Assembly: GCA_963795855.1 (NCBI GenBank)
Contig: CAWCIZ010000004.1
Location: forward strand, 32,001 to 96,000
Origin: Vulcanimicrobiota bacterium
GTDB lineage: Bacteria > Vulcanimicrobiota > Vulcanimicrobiia > Vulcanimicrobiales > Vulcanimicrobiaceae
DNA length: 64,000 bases
Direction of reading: 5' to 3'
This document shows, in pieces, positions 36,791 to 45,464 of the stretch (within the stretch, counting starts at the first letter, position 1; every line of letters begins with the position of its first letter). The notes under the pieces are model-generated. The model made no database searches. It was given only the letters and a program-made list of their open reading frames with translations, and was not told the DNA's origin. A program made the position numbers and the translations under genes.

Positions 36791-38050
36791 CTAATAGCCT
36801 ATGGCCGTGCGCTCCAATGCGTTGATCAGATATTCGGTTTCGTTCATCTGTTCGGCCAGATCGTAATCGCGAAAAACCTCCAGCGCTTCGTTGAGCTTGT
36901 TTACGCCGTCGCGCAGCTCTTCGCGCTCGCGCAGTCCATCGGACGCCTTCTGCAGAATCATCGTGCCGTACTTGAGCGCGGTCTTCGCGTATTCCAAACG
37001 GTTGTCGACCGCGGAGAGTTCGTGCAGCGCCGAAAGAAAACTCGTCTTCGCTTCGTCGTAGCGGCGGCGCCGCGTCGCGAGCATTCCCTTGAGCACCGCT
37101 TCGTACGCGTCGTTGCGGTTTCGCGTGGGCGCCAGCGCCCGGTCGAGCGATTGACGTAAGCCGGGATCCGTAACGTCGACGCGGCCGCTCGGACGGCGAT
37201 CGCTTTGCGGCTGTTTTTTCGCCGGCGTCGGCGAGAGCAGCGCCTGCAGGTCGCTGATGAAGTCGTGGGCGCTTTGGTAGCGCTTGCCGGGATCCTTGTC
37301 GATGGCGCGCATGATGACGCGTTCGAGCGGCTCGGGAATGTTGCGGTTGATCTCGTGCGGCGGCGTCGGCGAGTCGTGCACGTGCGAGAAGATCGTCGCG
37401 ACCAGGTCGTCTCTGTCGTTCCGGAACGGCACCGTGCCGGTGAAAATCTCGTACATCACGATGCCGACGGAGTAGAGATCGCTGCGAACGTCCGCGGGTT
37501 TGCTCAAGAAGCGTTCGGGAGCGAGGTAGCCGATCGTTCCGACGATCTGACCGGTGCGCGTCGTTTGGGTCATGTCGCTGGTGCGGCGCGCAAGCCCGAA
37601 GTCCATGACTTTGACGTGCTTGCCGTCTTCGAACGTCATGACGTTCGACGGCTTGATGTCGCGGTGAATCGTGCCTTGCGCGTGCGCGTACTCCAGCGCT
37701 TCCAAGATGTCGATCAGATACGTCAGCGCCTGCCGGTAGGAAAGCGAGCCGCCTTCCAAGTCGCGCAAAGTCTTGCCGCGCACGAGTTCCATGATGATGT
37801 ATGAAATGCCCGACTCTTCACCGACGTCGAACACCTGCACGATGCACGGATGGTTGAGTTTTGCCATTGCCTGCGCCTCGCGCAGGAAGCGCTTGTTGAC
37901 GTCGTCCGAACGATCGATGAGGACCTTGATGGCGACTTCGCGTTCCAGCACTTTGTCGAGCGCGCGATACGTGTCCGCCGTGCCGCCGCGCCCGATGAGT
38001 TCCAGCACCTCGTAGCGGCCGGCGAGGGTGCGGCCGATGAACGTGTCCAT
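36791..38050 (-). CDS. Cytoplasmic Hanks-type Ser/Thr protein kinase with C-terminal helical (TPR-like) domain
   Basis: IGRGG, VAIK, HRDIKPSN, MDFGLA, GTIGYLAPE, SDLYSVG; no TM or PASTA domain. Confidence 0.93.
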   Translation of the reverse strand: MDTFIGRTLAGRYEVLELIGRGGTADTYRALDKVLEREVAIKVLIDRSDDVNKRFLREAQAMAKLNHPCIVQVFDVGEESGISYIIMELVRGKTLRDLEGGSLSYRQALTYLIDILEALEYAHAQGTIHRDIKPSNVMTFEDGKHVKVMDFGLARRTSDMTQTTRTGQIVGTIGYLAPERFLSKPADVRSDLYSVGIVMYEIFTGTVPFRNDRDDLVATIFSHVHDSPTPPHEINRNIPEPLERVIMRAIDKDPGKRYQSAHDFISDLQALLSPTPAKKQPQSDRRPSGRVDVTDPGLRQSLDRALAPTRNRNDAYEAVLKGMLATRRRRYDEAKTSFLSALHELSAVDNRLEYAKTALKYGTMILQKASDGLREREELRDGVNKLNEALEVFRDYDLAEQMNETEYLINALERTAIGY

Positions 38051-38083
38051 TTAAAAGGCGCTCCGCCCTAGGCTCCGCGCCCC

Positions 38084-38360
38084 CCAACTGCGTTGGGGCC
38101 CCCCATTATTCATGGCGCCTAAGTATGTGGGCAACTTAGACGTTCCCCGTGGGCGCCGCAAACATTGGTAGTAGGCTGCGCGACGGCCAACTGCGTTGGG
38201 GCCCCCCATAATTCATGGCGCCTAAGTATGTGGGCAACTTAGACGTTCCCCGTCGGCGCCGCAAACATTGGTAGTAGGCTGCGCGACGGCCAACTGCGTC
38301 GGCGCCTCCCATTATTCATGGCGCCTAAATATGTGAGCAACTTAGACGTTCCCCGTGGGC
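38084..38360. repeat. Tandem repeat, ~2.7 copies of a 103-bp unit
   Basis: Units start at 38084, 38187 and 38290 (CCAACTGCGT...). Copies 1 and 2 differ at 2 positions; copy 3 is more diverged and truncated. Confidence 0.95.
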
Positions 38361-38380
38361 CGAGTGCTGCGTAACATGAG

Positions 38381-38728
38381 TTAGAAGGCGTTCCGGTGTA
38401 AGGTCATGCGCTCCCCATCGACGGCCACGACGTCGAAGCGAAATTGGGCGTTTGGAGCCACGATTTGCACGTAATCGGCTGCGAGCCTGCGAAGCGTGCG
38501 GCGTTTTGCCGCGTTCACCGAAGAGAGTGCGCTGCCGTACCGTCCGGACGTGCGCACTTTGACCTCCACGAAAACGATGGTTTCCCTTTCCCGGCAGACC
38601 AAATCTATCTCGCCGCCGGGAACCCGCAGGTTGCGCTGCACGATGCGGTAACCCGCTTCTTCCAAAAACGTCACGGCCCGATGTTCGCCGTCGCGGCCCT
38701 TAGCGCTGTTATTCGGCAACCGCGACAT
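38381..38728 (-). CDS. yraN: YraN family (UPF0102) putative endonuclease
   Basis: GRDGEHRA..FL..AGYRI..RN....GEIDLV...IVFVEVKVR...RFDVV. Confidence 0.92.
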   Translation of the reverse strand: MSRLPNNSAKGRDGEHRAVTFLEEAGYRIVQRNLRVPGGEIDLVCRERETIVFVEVKVRTSGRYGSALSSVNAAKRRTLRRLAADYVQIVAPNAQFRFDVVAVDGERMTLHRNAF

Positions 38729-39404
38729 TGAATCCGAACTGAAGCTGGGCTTCCCGCACTCGCCACCATCCCGAACGGTGGTGCGGCGAGGGTCCATGTT
38801 CCTTGAGTGCGCGCAGGTGCTCCGGCGTGGCATAGCCCTTGTGGTCGGCAAAACCGTAGCGAGGGTCGCTCGCGTGCAGGTCGACGAGAAGGCCGTCCCG
38901 ATACACCTTCGCGACGATCGACGCGGCGGCGACCGTGGCGCTGCGGGCGTCGCCCTTGATCAGCGGTTCCTGAGGCCCCACGAACGAGCGAATCCGCACG
39001 GCGTCGGTAATGAGATATTGCGGCGCCACGCTCAACGATGCGATCGCGCGCTCCATCGCGAGCACGCTGGCCCAATAGATGTTCAGGCGATCGATCTCCT
39101 CGACGCTCGCAACGCCGACGCTCCATGCCGTGCACGATACTTTGATCTTTTCGCATATTTCGGTGCGAAGGGCCGGCAGGACTTGCTTGGAATCGTTCAA
39201 TCCGCGAATCATCAGGGGCTCGCAGGCGACGACGCATGCCGCGACGACCGGCCCCGCGAGCGGCCCGCGGCCGACTTCATCGACGCCTCCGACGTACACA
39301 AAGCCCTTGTCTCTGGCCGCGTTCTCGAACGCGTGAATGCGATGCAGCCGGCGCCGTTCGCGTTCGTATGCGTTCTTTGCTTTACGTTGCTTGGGCGTCG
39401 TCAT
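38709..39404 (-). CDS. rnhB: Ribonuclease HII
   Basis: GVDEVGRGPLAGPVVAA, LNDSK, IKGD, AAASIVAKVYRD, HKGYAT. Confidence 0.97.
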   Translation of the reverse strand: MTTPKQRKAKNAYERERRRLHRIHAFENAARDKGFVYVGGVDEVGRGPLAGPVVAACVVACEPLMIRGLNDSKQVLPALRTEICEKIKVSCTAWSVGVASVEEIDRLNIYWASVLAMERAIASLSVAPQYLITDAVRIRSFVGPQEPLIKGDARSATVAAASIVAKVYRDGLLVDLHASDPRYGFADHKGYATPEHLRALKEHGPSPHHRSGWWRVREAQLQFGFNVAVAE

Positions 39405-40212
39405 ATGGTGCGGGCTCCAGGGTGATGCGACCGAATTTGCCGTCGTTGAAATCTTTGATGTACGACTGCGCCGCGTTGTGGTATTCCACCTCGCCGCCTC
39501 TGCGCATGAAACCGCGAACGCGGGCGAATGTCTCCAGGTCGGGAACCTTCGTCCGTCCCTTGGTGGTTTCCGCGAGCCAGCGATGGAAACGGATGGAGAT
39601 GTCTTCCGGATCGTAGCGGTCCCGCGGGACGGCTCCGACCAGCGCGAGCTTCCACTGCGCTTCGGGAGAGGCGATTTTCGGCACGAGGATGCCCGGCGTG
39701 TCCATCAGTTCGAGATTCGGACCGACGCGAAACCATTGCAGCTGCCGCGTGACGCCTGCACGATCTTCCGTACGTGCGGCGGCTCGGCGGAGCAGACCGT
39801 TGATGACCGACGACTTGCCGGAGTTCGGCAAGCCGACGACCATGACGCGCTGGGTGCCACGCGCGCCCGAGGCAATTTGTCCGAGATAGTAATTCGCTTT
39901 CGCGACGCTGGCCTGCTCGCGGCCGTTGACCGCGATCGCCTTGCGGCGCCGTTTCTCGAAGTACTCGAGCCAGCGTGCCGTCTGCGATGTGTCCGCCAAA
40001 TCTTCCCGATTGAGAACGAGCAGCCGCGGACGTTTGCCGGCGATCGTGGCCAACATGGAGTTTGCGCCGCTGACCGGGGCACGCGCGTCCACGACTTCGA
40101 TGACGATGTCGATCAGTTTCATGTAGTCGTCGATGCGGCGCATCGCCGACGCCATATGACCGGGATACCATTGGACGACCTGTTCGAACTGGGAATCGGC
40201 GTTCGCCGTCAT
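39382..40212 (-). CDS. rbgA: Ribosome biogenesis GTPase RbgA/YlqF
   Basis: QWYPGHM, EVVDARAP, GLPNSGKSSVIN, GVTR..QW, LMDTPGI. Confidence 0.95.
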   Translation of the reverse strand: MTANADSQFEQVVQWYPGHMASAMRRIDDYMKLIDIVIEVVDARAPVSGANSMLATIAGKRPRLLVLNREDLADTSQTARWLEYFEKRRRKAIAVNGREQASVAKANYYLGQIASGARGTQRVMVVGLPNSGKSSVINGLLRRAAARTEDRAGVTRQLQWFRVGPNLELMDTPGILVPKIASPEAQWKLALVGAVPRDRYDPEDISIRFHRWLAETTKGRTKVPDLETFARVRGFMRRGGEVEYHNAAQSYIKDFNDGKFGRITLEPAPYDDAQAT

Positions 40213-40718
40213 AACGCGCCCGCGTGACCGAGTGGCCAGATTCCGGCAACGGCTTTACCAAGCACCGCGCTTTCCTGGACGAAGCCCCAAAACCGCGAGT
40301 CATCGCTGTCGGCCCGATTGTCACCGAGCACGTATAATTCGCCCGCGGGCACGGTGACCTGCGCGAAGCTGCGGCGGTCGGGATACCGAACGTATTGCTC
40401 GTCGAGCGCTGCGCCGTTTACGTACACCGCTCCGCGATCGATACGCACGCGATCGCCGGGAAGTCCGATGACGCGCTTGATGTACGTTTCGGGAGTCGCT
40501 CCGTCGTGATGAAACGCGATGATGTCGCCGCGCGCCGGCGCATGCATACGATAGGCGATCGTGTTGATGAGTACGACCTCCCCGGAAGCGATGCGCGGAG
40601 CCATCGACAGACCGGACACTTGCGGCGTTCGCATGAAGAATGCCAACGCAAGGACGGCGAGCAGTGCGAGTTGCGCGCTCGTGCTTGCGACCGAACGCCA
40701 ATGCAATTGCCGGAGCAC
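40209..40718 (-). CDS. lepB: Signal peptidase I (copy 3)
   Basis: GLSMAP (Ser), YIKRVIGLPGD (Lys), LGDNRADSDDSR. Confidence 0.93.
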   Translation of the reverse strand: MLRQLHWRSVASTSAQLALLAVLALAFFMRTPQVSGLSMAPRIASGEVVLINTIAYRMHAPARGDIIAFHHDGATPETYIKRVIGLPGDRVRIDRGAVYVNGAALDEQYVRYPDRRSFAQVTVPAGELYVLGDNRADSDDSRFWGFVQESAVLGKAVAGIWPLGHAGAL

Positions 40719-40734
40719 GCGCCTTTTTTCTAGC

Positions 40735-41494
40735 CTATCGCCACAAAACCCGTGCGCGGCCCAGCGGCCAGAAAATCAAGAATGCGTGTCCCGTAAAGTG
40801 CGCGAGAGTTCCGGCTCTCAATCCGCTGGCGAAACGCCCGTGGAGCTGCGCGAATCCCCACACGTGCGAATCCTCGGAATCGTTGCGGTTGTCGCCCATC
40901 ATGAAGTAACAGTTTGCCGGTATGCGATTGGGTGCAGTCCAATCTTTGCGCGGCGGAATATTGGCGGACGACGGATCCAGGGGCTGATACGTGCCGCCCG
41001 GCTCCTGCACGTAAATGCCGTAGTTCTTGATCGTCATGTTGTAGTCGGGCGGTTCGGCCACATACGGCTCTTTCATCGGCTTGCCGTTCAAGATCACGAC
41101 GCCGTTTTGAATGCTCAGCGTATCGCCGGGCCGCCCGATGACCCGCTTGATGAAGTCGTCGGGGCTCGGGAGCGGCGGCGGAAAGACGACGATATCGCCC
41201 TCTTGCGGTTTGTGGAAGCGATACTCGAATTTATTGACGAGCAGCACGTCGCCGATTTGCAGCGTCGGGATCATGGAGCCGGACGGAATATAGTACGTCC
41301 GTGCGACGAACGTAATGAGCAGGAAGGCAGCTGACGCCGGCGTAGATGAACGGGTCGAGATACTCCCGCGCGAAGCTCGTGGCTTTTCCCTGTGTGTTCG
41401 TACGTACCGCGCGAAACGAGAGAACCACGCGCGCGACGATGAAAACGCCCACCAGACCCAACAGCATGCTCGGAGTCAACGCAAACGTCCCCAC
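40735..41494 (-). CDS. lepB: Signal peptidase I (copy 2; frameshift near 41335)
   Basis: REYLDPFI joins YIPSGSMIPTL; FIKRVIGRPGD; MGDNRNDSEDSH. Confidence 0.92.
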
Positions 41495-42222
41495 TAATCA
41501 AGTATCCGTAAACGGTTGATCGGCCACAACACGAGAAACGCGCGTCCCGTGAAGTGCGCAACTGCAGCGCGGTGCGCAAGCGGCCCGGCCGCGAAGCGCC
41601 CCTGTAATTGCGCGAATCCCCAGATGTGCGAATCGTCCGAATCGTTGCGGTTGTCGCCCATCACGAAGTAGAATCCCTTCGGAACGCGGTTCGGCGCTTG
41701 CCACAGCGAACGCGGCGGTATATTGGCGGACGTCCGGCTGAGCGGCTGGAAACCATCGCCGGAATCGACGAAAATGTCGTACTTCTTGATCCGGAGATCG
41801 TATTGCGGCGCCTGTGCGACGTAAGGTTCCGCGAGCGCCTTGCCGTTCACGTAGACTTTACCGCCGGAAATCCGCAGCGTGTCGCCGGGTACCGCGATGA
41901 CGCGTTTGATGAAATTGTCGGGTGAGGCGATGGGCGGTCGGAAGACGACGATGTCGCCCCGGTGCGGCGCCGCGAAGCGGTAGGCGAACTCGTTGACCAG
42001 CAGGACGTCGCGCTGCTCGAGCGTGGGAACCATCGATTGCGACGGAATGTAGAACGTCCGCACGACGAACGTAATGAGGAAGAGCGCGATCAAGCCGGCG
42101 ACGATCAGTGCGTCCAAGTATTCGCGCACGACGAGCACGGCATTACCGGAGTGGCCCGCTGCTGCGGGCTTAGCGCTGAGAACGACGCGGGCGACGGCGA
42201 AAACGCCGATCAGCCCAAGCAA
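41494..42222 (-). CDS. lepB: Signal peptidase I (copy 1)
   Basis: YIPSQSMVPTL, FIKRVIAVPGD, MGDNRNDSDDSH. Start may lie a few codons further upstream. Confidence 0.93.
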   Translation of the reverse strand: MLGLIGVFAVARVVLSAKPAAAGHSGNAVLVVREYLDALIVAGLIALFLITFVVRTFYIPSQSMVPTLEQRDVLLVNEFAYRFAAPHRGDIVVFRPPIASPDNFIKRVIAVPGDTLRISGGKVYVNGKALAEPYVAQAPQYDLRIKKYDIFVDSGDGFQPLSRTSANIPPRSLWQAPNRVPKGFYFVMGDNRNDSDDSHIWGFAQLQGRFAAGPLAHRAAVAHFTGRAFLVLWPINRLRILD

Positions 42223-42243
42223 CTGTAACGGCGACAGCGGAGG

Positions 42244-42594
42244 TTAGCGGACGGCTTTCTTCTCTTTGATGCGCGCCGCTTTCCCGATCTTCTCGGTCAG
42301 GTAATACAAGCGGCTGCGGCGCACGATGCCGCGCTTACCGACTTCGATGCGATCCACGCGCGGGCTGTGCAGCAAGAACGTCTTTTCGACGCCCACGCCG
42401 TGCGCCACCCGGCGCACCGTTACGGATTCGTGCGCGCCGCCGCCCTTGCGCACCGTCACGACGCCTTCGAACATCTGAACGCGCTCTTTGCCGCCTTCGA
42501 CGACTTTCGAGTACACCTTCACCGTATCTCCCGGACGGAAATCCGGGACGGTTTCTTTGCGCTGCTCTTGGTTCAAGACATCGATGACGTTCAT
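42244..42594 (-). CDS. rplS: 50S ribosomal protein L19
   Basis: [26 protein letters not shown]...[11 protein letters not shown]...VRRSRLYYL...GKAARIKE. Confidence 0.98.
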   Translation of the reverse strand: MNVIDVLNQEQRKETVPDFRPGDTVKVYSKVVEGGKERVQMFEGVVTVRKGGGAHESVTVRRVAHGVGVEKTFLLHSPRVDRIEVGKRGIVRRSRLYYLTEKIGKAARIKEKKAVR

Positions 42595-42622
42595 TTTCTC
42601 TTCTCGGCGGGAACGCGAATCT

Positions 42623-42668
42623 AAAAAGGCCTTGGGGCTGGCCCCACGGCAACCTTCGAATGATAGCA
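42623..42668 (-). promoter_or_regulatory. rplS extended -10 promoter and leader hairpin followed by a U-tract
   Basis: TGcTATCAT at 42660-42668; GCCgtGGGG-ccag-CCCCaaGGC then CTTTTT. Confidence 0.45.
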
Positions 42669-42737
42669 TGGGGCTACCCCCCGCGCAAGGACGAGCGCGT
42701 GCCCTGTAGGGAAAGTCGCACTGCAAGGAGGCAGCCG

Positions 42738-45392
42738 ATGATTTCCCGCCCTCTGCACAGCGACGACTTCGTAGGCCGGCGAGAAGAGCTGGATTTTCTC
42801 CACGAAGAGTTCCGCGCGGCCTGCGAAACGGGCGTTCGATTGGTGCTCGTCGAGGGTGAGGCGGGGATCGGAAAGACCCGCCTGCTGAGCGAATTCGAAA
42901 AGAATCTGCAGTCGTCTGCGATCGTGACCGGCGGAAATTGCTCGGAGCACGTGCGCGCGCCGTACTTGCCCTTTACCGAGATCGTCGACGGCCTGGATCC
43001 GCGCGCGCGCTTGGGCGCGCTGCGGCTGCGCGAGCCCGGATCGCGCTCGAGTGAAGAAAAGTGGGCGTACTTCAGCGCGGTCGTCGACGTGATTCGCGCG
43101 CAGTGCGCGCGCCGCCCGACGGTGCTCACCATCGAAGACGCGCAGTGGGCCGATAGCGCGAGCATCGAGCTGCTGCAGTTTTTGCTTTCCCGTCTGCAGA
43201 AGTTGCGCTGCTTCATCGTTGTCACGCTGCGCAGCGAGCGGTTTGCGGAAAATTCCTCCGCCGCGGCGCTTCACGCCGTTGCAGCGCGGCGCCGCTCTGC
43301 CGTCCTGCAGTTGCGAGCGCTGCGGCGTCACCAGATAAAGCATTTGGTTCAAGAATCGCTGCGGGGTCGAGGGCTACATTTGGATCCCGCGATGGTCGCG
43401 CAGATCGAAGCGCTGGCCGAAGGAAATCCGCTGTACGCCGAAGAGCTGACGCTCGTCGCTTTGGAAAGCGGAGCGCTCACGTTTCAGACGCAGATGCCCG
43501 TGACCTTGAACGCCATCTTGAGCGAACGTCTCGCCGCGTTCGGCGCCGAGGAACGCGAGTCTGCTTTACCGCGCCGCGGCAATCGGGCAGAGCTTCGACG
43601 CGCCGCTTCTTGCGGCCATCGCCGAGCGCAGCTCGGCCGACGTGCTGCGCGTGATGCAGAGGGCGGTAGATGGCGGCCTCGTTGCCGAACGCGGCGCGCT
43701 CTTCGAGTTTCGACATGCGCTGATTCGACAGGTGTTGGCGGACCAGCTCGTGTTGGGGCTCGCCGCCCCGCTGCATACGCGCATTGCCGAAGAACTGGAA
43801 ATGCTGCCAAACGCGCGCGAACGCGCTGCCGAACTCGCGTACCATTGGTCCGCCGCGCGCGTCGCGGACAAAGCGCGCGTCTGGAACGAGGCCGCCGCCG
43901 AATCGGCGTGGGCGATGTACGCCTATCGCGACGCGATCCGTTTTTACACGGACGCGCTGCGCTGGAACTACCCGGAGGGCACGGCGCGGGCCGCGATCTG
44001 CGAGCGCCTGGGCACGCTGCTGTATACTGAAGGCTGCGGTGAGGAACCGGCCCAGTGGTTTCGCCGCTGCCGCGCCGAGTACGAACGCGCGGGAAACGCC
44101 GTCGGGGCGGCGCACGCGCTGCTGCTCGAAGCCGATCAATGCTGGGTGGATGCGCGTACGGAAGAAAGCGCGCAGATTGCCGCGCGAGCCGCCGCCGCGC
44201 TCAAAGCAATTGGGCACACGCAAATGTACGCGCAAGCGCTGCTCGGAGTCGCGCGCTATGCGATTACGCTGGGCCACGTCGATCGGACCTTCGCGCATCT
44301 GAAAGCGGCGCACGCGCTTCGTTCCCACTTTGACGACGGCTCGCGCGCGGCATGGCACGAAGTGCGCGGCGAGGCCTGTGCCGTGATGGGCTTGCGCAGC
44401 GAGGCGCTGTCGGACTTTCGCACAGCGGCCCGATATGCCGCGCAAAGCGGCGTGAGCGAACTGATCGCGCAGATCGAAAACAACTTTGCGCTGGCGGCGT
44501 TCGACCTGGGCGACCTCGATCTCGCGACCGCGCGCCATCAAATCGCGGTGGACGAAGCTCGGCGCACCGGCTTGATGTGGCGCATCGCCTACTCATCGCT
44601 GAACTACGCGCGAACGCTGATGTTCAAGGGGGAACCGGAGCGAGCTCGGGACTTGATTCGCGAAGCGCTGCAAAGCGGCGTGACCACGGCGACGTTCAAA
44701 ACGAAAGCGGCGAGCGTCGGCATTCCACTCGCGCTGCGCCTGCACGATCGCGCACTGCTCGAAGCTGCTGCTTCGAAGATGCGCTGGACGTCGCTCAGCG
44801 TTCGGGTGAAATCCAGCGCATAGCATCCGTTGCCGCGGCCTTTGCGGCGCTTCGCGCGGAGCAAGGCAGCATAGCGGAAGCGCGTGCAATCCTCGGCCAC
44901 GCGGTCCGGGCGATTCCGCACGCGCATCGCGCCTGGCAGCTCTTCATCGCGATCGCGCGGTGGGGCGATGCGGAGGACGTGGCACTGGCGCAGGGACACA
45001 TCGAACGCGCAGCGGGCCGTCCCATCGTCAAGCGCGCGTATGGGTTGCTCTTCGCTTCGCTCGTCGAACGTACGGATCGCGAGCGGTCACGGCGCCTGGC
45101 GGAACTTGCTGCCAAACATTTCGCCGTGATGGGCAACGTCTTGCTCGGCGAGATCGCATCCGGGGGCAAAAGCGCCGCGCAAGAAGCGGCACCTGCGCCG
45201 TCTGCTCTGACTGCGCGCCAAATGGAGATCGCGCAGCTGGTCGCCGAAGGTGGGACCAACCGAAGCATCGCGGCCGCGCTGCACATCAGCGAACACACGG
45301 TGGAGCATCATCTTTCGGGCATTTTCGAGCGCCTCGGTCTGCGTTCGCGAACGCAGCTCGCCCATATGCTCGGCCTGAACGAGGCGAGATAG
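42738..45392 (+). CDS. AAA-ATPase/TPR/LuxR-HTH (MalT/LAL-type) regulator (frameshifts near 43565 and 44775)
   Basis: [76 protein letters not shown]. Confidence 0.9.
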
Positions 45393-45464
45393 CGGAATCC
45401 CGGGATACCGGCTGCGGCATCCTCTTCCTATACTTAAAAGAAGTCTTCGCATCTGGAGGGCAGC

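Noticed and set aside
38084..38360. CRISPR array
   Set aside because: Whole 103-bp units are repeated, there are no unique spacers and no cas genes are in the window.
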